Shown here: positions 51,640 through 64,000 of the stretch, piece by piece
Layout of the letters: the number at the start of each line of letters is the position of its first letter
Numbering within the stretch: position 1 is the first letter of the stretch
The notes under the pieces: model-generated
The model's database searches: none
What the model saw: the letters and a program-made list of their open reading frames with translations, nothing else
Told to the model about the DNA's origin: nothing
Program-made: the position numbers and the translations under genes
Source: the human T2T-CHM13v2.0 reference genome, Homo sapiens
DNA length: 64,000 bases
Reading direction: 5' to 3' (one strand)
NCBI RefSeq assembly: GCF_009914755.1
Contig: NC_060925.1

Positions 51640-51860
51640 GAAGTGTTTTAATGCAGTGTTTAAGAATGTGAACTCTGGAAGTCAGAATGTCTGGACACAA
51701 ATCCAGTCTCCATAACTGATTTGGGTGACTTCAGGTAAGTTCTTTACACTCTTTTAAGCTTCATCCATGAAGAGGAGCTCACCTTATGGAGTTGTGAAAA
51801 GAAAAGGAATGATATAATTAATATGCTCGAAAACACGGCTGGCTCAGAGTTAATTTTTAA
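51640..51860 (+). mobile_element. MIR
   Basis: 'gcagtgtttaagaatgtgaactctggaagtcaga...gtgacttcaggtaagttctttacactct'. Confidence 0.7.
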
Positions 51861-52741
51861 TATGTGCAAGCTGTATATGATGATTCTGGATTTTGCATCC
51901 TTTTCCATGGATCTGCCTATTTCTGTACTATTCCCACACTGTTTGAATCACTATAACATTAAGATATATTTTTAATATTGGTAGGGGATAGCCTCTTTTA
52001 TTAATCTTCATTTTCAAATTTTCAAAATATGTTGGCTGATACAGCATGTTTACTATTTCAGATCATTTTCCCAAGTTCTAACAATATCAAGGATGATTGG
52101 CATTACCCAAAAATTAAAATTGGTTTGGAATCATTATATGCTTTTGAAATCTGAAATAGGGTATTTCTTTCCATTTATTTGAGTAGATACTTTAAAATCT
52201 CAGTAACCCTTAAATAACTTAAGTGCTAAAGTTGCCTGGTAATTATATGAGAGTCTTTTATCATGAAAAGTTTTCTATTTCTACAACTGAAAAATAAACT
52301 TTAGGTTGTTTAATAATTTGAATAAAACCTGTAATAAAATGGTTTTTTAAACATCAAAATAAAAATATTCAATAAGTTTACTCAGACTGGATGCTTAGTT
52401 TTACAATCAATCAGTAGCATTTTAATTTGGATAGATAACTTTTCCTTTCCAAAATAAAGCCCACCAGTAGATACATTTCTATGATACATTTTTATCAGCA
52501 ATAGGAACAGATTTTCTTTTACACTCATTTTTTTTCAGCAGATAATTATTACTACCATTACATATAAATCCCCTTACCTGATTACATGATCAGCAAAGAG
52601 CGCTTTACGTTAAATACATGCATAGTCAGCAGACATTGGAAAATTTTGATCAATGTAGAAAATAGCACGGAACCACTTAAACTAAACTAAAGCTAAATTA
52701 GAACATCTAAGGGAGAGTTACCTATACCACAGAAACACTAT

Positions 52742-52838
52742 TTCCTTCCTTCCTTCCTTTCTTTCTTTTCCTTCCTTCCTTCCTTCCTTCCTTCCTTCCT
52801 TCCTTCCTTCCTTCCTTCCTCTCCTTCTTTCTTTCTTC
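52742..52838. repeat. (TTCC)n/(TTTC)n microsatellite, i.e. GGAA repeat on the minus strand
   Basis: (TTCC)4 at 52742-52757 and (TTCC)13 at 52768-52819; replaces the L1 poly(A) tail. Confidence 0.97.
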
Positions 52839-53633
52839 ATTACACTTTAAGTTCTAGGGTACATGTGGAGAACGTGCAGGTTTGTTACATAGGTATACAC
52901 GTGCCGTGGTGGTTTATCGCACCCATCAACCCGTCACCTACATTGGGTATTTCTCCTACTGGTATCCCTCCCCTAGCCCCCCATCCCCTGACAGACCCCG
53001 GTGTGTGATGTTCCCCTCCCTGTGTCCGTGTGTTCTGATTGTTCAACTCCCACTTATGAGTGAGAACATGTGGTGTTTGGTTTCCTGTTCTTGTGTTAAT
53101 TTGCTGAGAATGATGGCTTCCAGCTTCATCCATGTCCCTGCAAAGGACATGACTCATCCTCTTTTATGGATGCATAGTACTCCATGGTGTATATGTGCCA
53201 CATTTTCTTTATCCAGTCTATCATTGGTGGGCATTTGGGTTGGTTCCAAATATTTGCTATTGGGAATAGTGCCGCAATAAACATATGTGTGCATGTGTCT
53301 TTATAGTAGAATGATTTATAATCCTTTGGGTATATACTCAGTAATGCAATTGCTGGGTCAAATGGTATTTCTGGTTCTAGATCCTTGAGGAATCACTACA
53401 CTGTCTTCCACAAAGGTTGAACTAATTTACACTCCTACCAACAATGTAAAAGCGTTCCTATTTCTCCACATCCTCTCCAGCATCTGTTGTTTCCTGACTT
53501 TTTAATGATTGCCGTTCTAACTGGTGTGAGATGGTATCTCATTTTGGTTTTGATTTGCATTTCTCTAATGACCAGTGATGATGAGCTTTTTTTCATATGT
53601 TTGTTGGCTGCAGAAATGTCTTCTTTTGAAAAG
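52744..53633 (-). mobile_element. 5'-truncated L1PA (L1PA7-like)
   Basis: Antisense 3'UTR and ORF2 C-terminus ([30 protein letters not shown]); 13-bp TSD agaaacactattt at 52731 and 53634. Confidence 0.96.
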
Positions 53634-53684
53634 AGAAACACTATTTTCAATGGTTATTTACATGCAACACTGTTTATTTTAAGT

Positions 53685-53862
53685 ACACATTTATTGAGTG
53701 CCCACCATGTTTTCATAAGTATCATGGAGCATTATATTTGATATATAGTTCCCCCATTAAACTCCAAATGGTTAAGTCATCTGCTGAGATAAATCATACA
53801 GCTGTGAAGTAACAGAGTGGGATTGTGAACCCACATCTGTTTGACTTCAAAAGCCTAAGCAC
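53685..53862 (-). mobile_element. MIR fragments
   Basis: 'catttattgagtgcccaccatg' and 'ggttaagtcat...gggattgtgaacccacatctgtttgacttcaaaagcc'. Confidence 0.6.
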
Positions 53863-55001
53863 CCCATAATTATGTTCAATTTTTTTCTACTGAAGAATTC
53901 AGAGCCTTTTAACATTGCAAAAATATCCTGAGAATTAGGAGAAGCTGTTCATAGTGGTGACATGTGTGAGTCTCTAACACCCCTTCATTGTTTGGGCTTC
54001 CCCAGTCTTGCAAATGGAAGACTTCATTGCTATCTTTAAAGATATCCTAGTGCCAGTGGAGTCACTGCAGCCAGTTTGAAGGTCACAGTTTTTTTTCCTT
54101 CTTGCAGCAGTCCCCTTGGCTATCCCCACGCAGAACCCATTTCCTTTTCTTTTTTCCCCAACACTTATTGTTTCATTCACATATTTACTCACTCACATGT
54201 AAGTATTTATTGAGTGTCCCCATGAGCCTTAGTGCACAGTTGTAAGAGTTGTTATCTTTCCATACTCTGCTCTCCTGTCCTTTCTTGGTCTCTTACTAAA
54301 GTCACATTTTTTATTCTAAGGCCATGCCGTTTATCAGTGTTCTGAAGAGTAGCAGAGGTAAAAATCTTGCCAAGCAAAATGCTATGAAGGCCTAAAATAA
54401 AGACTTCCTATAAATTATTCTGCTTAGTGACCTTGCTAAAAACTTCCTTTCTCTGATTTCAGACAATTTTTTTTGAATTCTCGCGAGTATATTTAACTGT
54501 TTGCTAAGGATGAGTATTAACTTCTGTAATATTGGATCACCTCCCAGTTCTGCAGTCTCCACATGGGAAGGATCACTTGCATTGTGTTAAGTTGCATGCT
54601 ATATTAGGGAAACTCTCCTAATAAAATATGTAGTATCACTACATAGTTATCCAGATAATACTGTAACTCTTCTCTGGCTAGAAAATTTCAAAAATTTGTT
54701 TCATTATCAAACAGTACTCTTTACACAGTAATGTCCTTGCAGAAAGGAAATTAAAAGGTGTTCCTTGTTCTACAAGGGTGTAAAATTAAGAAGAAAAATA
54801 AAATTTAGAAAAGTTTCACTTTTATTTTTTCAGAAAAAAACACCCTAACATTTTATAATTCAAAATAGTACAAGTTAAAATCAAACCCTTTACAGAGATT
54901 ACACAAATCTATTCTTTGGCCTAAAGATTTGATTTCAATTCATCTATTGTTTTATGAATGTCATAATGCATTAATTAGAAATTATATATTTACTGCTAAT
55001 T

Positions 55002-55700
55002 TTATTTTATGTATTTTTAAAAATGTTTATGAATACAAAATAGTTATACACATTCATGGGGTACATGTGCTATTTTGATACAAACATACGATGTGTAATG
55101 ATCAAATCAGGGTAATTGGAATATCCATCACCTCAAATCTTTATCATTTCTTTGTGTTAGGAACACTCCAATTCGACTCCTAGGGTTATTTTCTAAAATA
55201 TAAAAAATTATTCTTGACTATAATCACCTTATCATGATACTGAACACCAGATCTTATTCTTTTATTTAACTGCATTTTTGTACCCACTAACCAACCTGTA
55301 ATTTTTCCCCCCTCCCTATTACCCTTCTCAACATTCTGATAACCATCATTCTACTCTACTGGTAACGTCCATTCTATTCTATCTTCATGAGATCAATTTT
55401 TAAAGCTCCTACATATATGATATCTGTCTTTCTCTGCTTGGCTTATTTCACTTAACATAATGTTCTCCAGTTCCATTCACATTGTTGTAAATAACAGGAT
55501 TTCATTCTGTTTCATGACTGAATAATAATTGTGTATATGTACCACGTTTACTTCATTCATCCATTGATGGACACTCAATGAATGGTTGATTCTATGCCTT
55601 GGCTATTGTGAATAGTGCTGCAATAAACATGGGGGTGCAGATGTCCCTTTAATGTACTGATTTTCATTCTTTTGGATATGTCTTACAGCAGGATTGCTGG
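55002..55700 (-). mobile_element. 5'-truncated L1MA (L1MA3/4-like) 3' end
   Basis: 'catggggtacatgtgctattttgatac...aatcagggtaattggaatatccatcacctca'; perfect 11-bp TSD tactgctaatt at 54991 and 55701. Confidence 0.92.
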
Positions 55701-57257
55701 TACTGCTAATTAAAAAAAAAGAAGAAGAAGAAGGAAGAAAGGATCCACAGCAGTAGAAACAAAATGTTGCATTGACAAAAATCAGTCTTCTAAAGAAGGA
55801 TAAGGTGAACTGACCAATGCTCCAGGACTGCAATTACACATCTGTTGGTTTTATGAACACTGTAGGGTGCATTTCTATATACTCAAAACAGACATGTTTG
55901 CATGAAAGGATAAAAGGCTACATTCCCGAGAGGCTGAATTAACCACACATGTAACTTTACCACTCCACTACACTTGCATAAAGCTCATAGATGTAACTTT
56001 TTGAGAAATATAAATTATGGTACTTTTTCTGATCATTATTGTAAGAGATTTGTCAGAAATTAGTAGGGATGGTTTTTCATGTGTTAAAAAAAATTAGGGG
56101 TAAGGAAATTCAGATGGCCAATGACAAATATCAAACCAAATGTTATGCTGCAATATTTAATAGGATGCTGTCTTAGCACTCATGCTTTCAAGCATGGTCT
56201 TGTCTGCCTAGATTTCTGAACCATGATTCCAACTCTCCAATGTCCACATGCTGTCCACTGAGAAGCTCTTGCACTGTCCTTTAGTTCATTTATTCTTAAG
56301 TCTATTCTCTACGGTCTCAATTGATTCTAGAGTCCTTTAGTGACTTTGGTACCTGAGTGCTCTGCAATGTCTGGTAATATACCCAATGATTCTCAGTCCT
56401 GGTAGCCCACCTGTCCCTAGGCCTATCCAAGGTAATAGGAATGGTCCAGAAGGATGACTGGATCAGACTTTGCTTCTACTTTTTACTTCCCCTCTGACTC
56501 TCTAGGGGAAAAAAATAGTTCTGGGAAGCTAAAGTGGATAAAGGAAGGAAGAGCATGCAAATAGGTAAAAATTCTAGAAAATGGCTCATTTGTTTGTGCA
56601 CAGCAAAGGCCTACCTTTTCATCTACCCAACTTTCCCTTCCTAGGGAACATTTTGAAGTAAAGTTCCAAAATTATTATTTTTATATTTCTCGATTTTGTT
56701 TCCATTTTAATTAATGTATTTGTCTCAATTTATTTGTCTGCTAAACCAGGTAACTCCAAGTCTCGATCCTCTTCGGTTCTTTGTGGCAAGGCATCTTGCT
56801 CCTCTTTGGCAACCTGCTCTGTAGGAACACAACATTGCAGCCTCTTCTGCTCAGTTCATTCAGTTACCATCCACCTGTTTCTTAGCCTGTAAACTTTTCT
56901 TGAAATCAGTCATCCATTAAAGCATCCTTTCTTATTCCTTGTCTTTATGAGTTTATGCAGTTTTTTGTTTCCTTTTAGTGGAAAAGGAAGAGGATCAGGA
57001 GGAAAATGCACATAATTAGCTCACATTATTTAGCCAGAAATCTCCACCAATTTCTAATCTTTTGAGGAGTACTTGCATGTAAGCTGCCTGAAAAAAAAAC
57101 AAAAAACAAAAAACCCTTTTCTAATTTTTAGAAACAAAACACAAATACTAAAAGATCTCACTTTTGCAAGACTAAAAAACACAAGAATTCCAAAGAGAAA
57201 TTCATCAGGTCATAAAAACTGTGTGTATAGCAAATAGTCAAAATACAAATACATTTA

Positions 57258-58168
<911 letters not shown>

Positions 58169-58499
58169 TTGTTTGCATTAAAACTAATTTTATAAAAATA
58201 TTTAGTAATAAATTGGTCTGACATATTTTACTTCAAATAAACTCAGCATATACTATGAAAAAATTTTAAAAGACTTAAGGATTTTTAAAATGTCACTTAA
58301 TAAATTTTACTGTGAAAGGATTTGTGACTCAATAAATTTTAGAAAGTGCTGAGTGAGATGCCCTGCAGCCCTTTCTAATGTGAGCTAAACCCTAATAGGA
58401 TGGGATGAAACCCCAATAGTTCTATTATTTTAAAATTATATTTTAACATTTACATATTTCTTTCAGTGCATTTTGAATGTGAGATATTTTAAACTTCTT

Positions 58500-58700
58500 C
58501 CATTTAGCAAGTATTTACTGAACAGTATCTCCCAGGAACTCTTCTAGGCAGTGGGATATAACAGTAAACAAACAGATAAGGTCGTTCATGAAGATTAAGT
58601 TTTCAGAGTGAGGGGTAGCGATAGCAGCAAATAAACAAACACATAAACAGAATAAGGGTGATGAAAACATATGAAGGAAATAAAGAAATATGATAGATGT
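58500..58700 (-). mobile_element. L2 3' end fragment
   Basis: 'catttagcaagtatttactgaaca...ctaggcagtgggatataacagtaaacaaaacag'. Confidence 0.7.
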
Positions 58701-59287
58701 TATCTGGCTAATGGAATGCAAAACATCGCTTTTGGGGTAAGTGATATTTATCCAAATTTTAGGGTTTCTTGAGAGGCTATTAAGCTGGCTGAAGTTTTAT
58801 CCTTTCTTTCCAATTGCTGAAATACTGTAGAGATGACATGGTGGTTAGACGGTGCTAGCACATTGGCCATCACCTGTGAAGCCTGCGCACAGGTAGCAAA
58901 CCTTTTGGGTTGTCTGCTCAGTGCACAAAGACCTCCTGTCTTGCCCCCTCTTCTACCCCAGGATTTGGCCCCATAGGCATATACATAAACCAAGATGCTT
59001 CTGCCTTGAGTGCAGTTGATTAGACTACGTCATAACCAATACAAAGTTATCTTCTCAGTGTGCTTGGAAATGGAATATGAACATGGGCAGCCAACTTGGA
59101 CACACATTGTGGACCCACCTTGTGAAAGCCCATTCAATAAGAAAAAAAACCAAAGTAGATGTGCTGAGAGAGGCATTTATAGGGAAGAGAATTTTGACTG
59201 TGTTACTAGGTTATCAATTGCCTTCATGTGCTCAAATTTAGGTCTTCTCAGGCCCTGCTTCCACATCCCAACTTTGAATCCTTATCA

Positions 59288-59861
<574 letters not shown>

Positions 59862-60299
59862 AAAAAAATTAAATTTAGCTCCTACTTGTTTCTGTTATCA
59901 AAAGTGATTTTTTGAAATAATAGATGAATGACAATACATAATTCGCCTGAGTGTCCAATATTGAGGAAACAACTAATTTTCACATGAGCATACAAGTTGT
60001 TAACCAGCGACACCTACCCCACTCATTAAACCTGAAGAAATATTTATACTACTTACAAAATGGCTCTACTGCCTGAGATTAACTCTGTATTCTTGGATTT
60101 TATTTGCATCCCCATAAACAAGCACAATCAATTTTTAAGCTTGACGCATCAATCAGGCTACATGCTAATTCTGGTGTGATAAGTTCCAGTAAATTTTTAA
60201 ACTGATCTTTGGTTAGTCCATCTTTAATGGGTCTAATGTATGCACAGGAAAAATTATGTCTCAATATATAACATTAAAATATTAATTTTTGTTTACCTT

Positions 60300-60410
60300 C
60301 TGTAAAGTTTTAAAACTTATCGTGACAAAATAAACATAACACAAAATTGACCATTTTAACCATATTAAAGTGTACAGTTCAGTGGCATTAAGTATATTCA
60401 TATTGTTAAT
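60300..60410 (-). mobile_element. L1MB-like 3' terminal fragment
   Basis: 'aaaattgaccattttaaccatattaaagtgtacagttcagtggcattaagtatattca'. Confidence 0.75.
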
Positions 60411-60509
60411 TCTGCTAAAATTTAAACACATACACAGACTAGCATTAATTGAATATTAAACAAACTAAAAACAATGTTCCTCATCTACAAGAGATATGCA
60501 AAATTTTTA

Positions 60510-60850
60510 TTAATTCATTAATCAAACATTTGCCTGTTTTGTGTCTGTCATTGTGGTAGAAATTAGAGATACAAAGACAAATAACACATTGCTACAAAAA
60601 GTTTGCAGTAAAATGGGGAGTTTGATACTTGAACAAATACTTGCACTACAGTTTAGTAAGTAACAGTTTATAGGTAAAATAAGCAAAAGCTTCATATTGG
60701 AGGAGATGCAGAAGCTAATTTTTGACAGGTGAGTAGGAGTTCGTCAAGTGGAAAAGGCTAGGAGAGATTTTGAAGCTAAGGTGCCAGCACAGCAAAGGCA
60801 TAACAGTTGCTAATACAGTCTTATTTGCAGAAAGGCAAGTAGGTTGGGTT
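60510..60850 (-). mobile_element. L2 fragment
   Basis: 'attcattaatcaaacatttg...gagatacaaagacaaataa...tgagtaggagttcgtcaagtgga'. Confidence 0.65.
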
Positions 60851-60861
60851 GGTGGACATCA

Positions 60862-61389
60862 TAGTTGTTTCCCAAAGTTAGTCATCTGCATCTTAGGTTT
60901 CCGATTTGTGTTATATCCATGAAATAAGTGTAATATTTTCAAAAGTTTTTTCCCCCATAGTTGCACGTCATTTAATATTAATATCTGAATATTATTAATG
61001 CACTCAATTCAATTCTTAACTGAAATAAATTTATTTTAAAAGGAAGTTCTATTTCACTGCCCTGGAAAAAGAAAACACTATCACTTTGTGAAAATCAAAG
61101 ATAATACAATAAAAACAAAACAAATTTTTAAATTCTATTTATCCACCACTGACTGCTAAAAGACTCTAAAGCAGAGATTTTGGATTAAAGAAGATTAGTA
61201 TTAAAAACTCTTACAAATATACAAAATGGAGAACTGCTTCTTGAATTCATCATTAAATATGAAACAGAATTGAAAGAGGAATGTTTTCTCAGTATGTGAT
61301 TCTGTGTTATTTAAGACCATATTCATGTATCTCCCAAAATCTTTTCAAGCACTATCAGTGAGACACATTGCATATTTTATAAAACCTGG
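60862..61389 (+). mobile_element. hAT-Charlie DNA transposon (Charlie4a-like)
   Basis: 'gtttcccaaagttagtcat...aaataaatttattttaaaaggaag...gaattgaaagaggaatgttttctcagtatgtgattc'. Confidence 0.65.
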
Positions 61390-62339
61390 ATTACAGAATT
61401 TTGATGTTGGAGACAGCAAGTGGAGAATAAAGAAGATTTAAAGTATTTAAGGCCTTTGAAGTCCAGGCCACACAGTTGTTAATACATAGTATAAAAATAC
61501 AATATAACTGCACTGATGAATTAGGAAATGAATGAGGTGGAATCAGAAGAGATAGAGTTATTAAGGCAGAGAAAAAGAGGAAAGCCATTGATGCAAGGCA
61601 AATTTCTCTGTCAAAAGTACATTATGGATTCTCAAAAAATGTTTGTTTCCTGGCTCACAGATAGGAATCAAGAAGAACACAAAGTGTTGGACAGTGAGTA
61701 TTTGAAAAGAGCAAGAAATCTGTTTAGTTAGAGATGCAGTGACTTAACATTGGCTAGACTGAATTCAGCCTTATTTCTGTCTATAATCTATTCCTTCTCT
61801 TTACTCTTTAAGGAAATGACACTACTTCCTGGATGTGAATTTTTCTTGTTGCAGAAACAGAAATGATTACTAGTTGCTGCAACAGTGGATTTGTTGTTAC
61901 CTTCCACGCAGCTACATGGATCTTGTTACGATTATGTTTCCCTTATTGAATAACCTACTAAACATCTTTGTGCTGAATTGATTTGTGACCCAACTTTAGC
62001 AAGTTTATAAGCTTTCATTAAATATATTTGCATACTCATGCCACTTCTTTTAGTTCTATCTTATTTTGTTATAATACCATAGTTTTCCATTTGTCTCATG
62101 CTTTTCTTTTGGTTGCATTTCATTTCTTTTGTTTTGTCTTTAATTTTTTTCTAATATTTCTGCTGTTGATATTTAATCTTTTTAATTTACTCTTTCTAGC
62201 CACCTTAAATCATCTTTGAAAACTTGATCAGCATATAAAATAAATAAATAGACTTCCAAGTTCCACTCAATTGCACAAACCAGAATCTGTAGTCACGTTT
62301 GATATGATGTTTTTATTACCATATCTAATTAAACAATAA

Positions 62340-62810
62340 ATGTTACCTATTCAGTTCTTTCAACTCCTTTCCAATCCTCCCCATTTATATCAATCCACAA
62401 TTGCTACATTTGTTATGCATTCAGCTTTCTGAAACAAGTTGCTAAAGGAGCTTTCTAGCTGGTCAGATGGTATCTACTTATTTCTGTGAGCTGTTCTTTA
62501 TAGAGCCTCCAGAGTGAATTTTCTTAAAATAAAACAAACAAAAACAACAACTCATTAATATATTCCCCTGCTCAATCTCACTTAATGCCTCCCAGCTTTC
62601 AGAATCAAGTCCAAACCCTGCAACAGCATGTAAGGCATCTAACAATGTGCCTTCCCCCTTTTGCTGACTCTTCCTTTAAACATCCTTGGCCTCTTCTCTC
62701 ACAATGAGCCTTTTAAATGATACATTATACACCCACTGAACTATTTGTTATTTTCTACCATACTGTGCACTCTCAACTCTCTCTTGCTAGACTACTCTTT
62801 CTAGGCTGTA
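62340..62810 (+). mobile_element. L2 fragment
   Basis: 'gcctccagagtgaattttcttaaaa...cagaatcaagtccaaaccctgcaacagcatgtaagg'. Confidence 0.65.
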
Positions 62811-63250
62811 CAGAGCCAGAGAAAACTGTCCTTGAACTCTCAAAATATAGAAGAATTTTAAAATTAATAAGTATTGATCAGTAGCTCAGGTCTACGAGCA
62901 AGGCATTTTAGGAGGTAGATGTTAAGTGGGTGATTGAGCTACACCTTATCCAAAATGAGAGAAAATAGACAAGTCTCAACTCCACCCTGCCTAAGGCAAG
63001 AAAGTTACTGCAAATCTATAAAAGAATATTCTCTCCTACCATCATCTACCACCATATATCATAGATTATTGGAAGAGGGTCTAGTGGCTACGTGATAAAT
63101 AATGTAAGTGATTGGAACTTCTGGTCAAATTGATATCATAACTTTTTCACTCTGTGATATTTTTCTTCATTTTTTTGTAAAAGTAGATTAAGGAATCTCA
63201 GCTTCTGACAGCCTGTGCAATCCCTAACTTCTTGAGAGAATCTGTACCGG

Positions 63251-63277
63251 AAAAAAAAAAAAAAAAAAAAAAAAAAA
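63251..63277. repeat. Isolated A27 homopolymer
   Basis: No adjacent Alu/L1 body and no TSD visible. Confidence 0.95.
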
Positions 63278-63385
63278 GACGGTCTTGTCTGCACCAATCT
63301 GGGAAGTTCTACCTACCTGATCTCAAAAGATGAAGTAAATGTATTACGTAGAATAAAGCTAAAAAATGTTTAGATAAAAGTTATA

Positions 63386-63690
63386 GGCACAGCATGGTGG
63401 CTCATGCCTGTAATCCTAGCACTTTGGGGAGGCCAAGGCAGAACAGTCGCTTGAGACCAGGAGTTTGAGACCAGCCTGAGCAACATACTATGACCTCATC
63501 TCTACAAAATAATTCAGAATTAGCTGTGGGTGGTGGTGTGTGCCTGTAGTCCCAGCTATTCAGGAGGCTGAGGCAGGAGGATCGCTGAAGCCCAGGAGTT
63601 CAAGGTTGCATGAACTGTGATCCCACTCTTGTACTCCAGCCGGGGTAACAAGCAAGACCCTGTCTCGAAAAACTAAAAAAAGAAAAAGAA
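63386..63690 (+). mobile_element. Alu (AluJ-like)
   Basis: Full Alu; TSD aaaagttata. Confidence 0.96.
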
Positions 63691-64000
63691 AAAAGTTATA
63701 ACAACTTATTAATTATTTAAATCCTATTGCCTCTTTGCTTTCTGGCATAGAAGACAAACTTTAAACTTCCTTGAGAGACTATATAGATTCTTAAACACAT
63801 TATCAGTGGCAAAAAAAATAACAGTAATTACTTGGTTGGAAATAAAAAACTGCTCCTTCAACAAATGAGCGGATGTTGGATTTAAGCAATGGACTCCATT
63901 TGAGAAAAGTGTACCCATTAAAAAAATCAATACTTCTAGCTCTAGGGGGTCAAGCAAATGTTTTTAAATTCTGCCAATAAAAAATAATAATAATGACTGT

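Noticed and set aside
63724-63957. 77-aa minus-strand ORF at the window end
   Set aside because: Non-ATG start, AT-rich, no recognisable homology or convincing splice boundaries

Overview
Hominid (almost certainly human-type) AT-rich, repeat-dominated genomic DNA. A full-length SVA and a young L1PA insertion fix the lineage. I find no credible protein-coding exon: nearly every listed ORF lies in Alu, L1, SVA, LTR or microsatellite sequence. Most of the window is layered transposon sequence: about 14 Alu/FLAM/FAM copies, two near-full-length old L1MA elements (21.0-27.1 kb and 31.5-39.5 kb), L1PA7-like and twin-primed L1PA3-like fragments, an SVA_D-like element with an intact 14-bp TSD, about 13 LTRs (LTR12, MER50, MER11, LTR8, THE1/MST/MLT and others), L2/MIR relics and hAT DNA transposons. 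The best non-repeat signal is a candidate minus-strand gene 5' end: TATAAAAG at 4855-4862, a ~340-nt first exon ending in a strong GAG|GTAAGA donor at 4493 and containing a 43-codon ORF with a strong Kozak context, and a possible 91-nt second exon. The remaining ~59 kb would be its upstream, LTR-rich region. I cannot support a new biological system from sequence alone. The leading hypotheses are this promoter/microORF, a back-to-back LTR12/MER50 promoter pair, and several template-switch (fold-back) mutation scars. Repeat subfamily names come from my recollection of consensus sequences and need RepeatMasker/Dfam confirmation.
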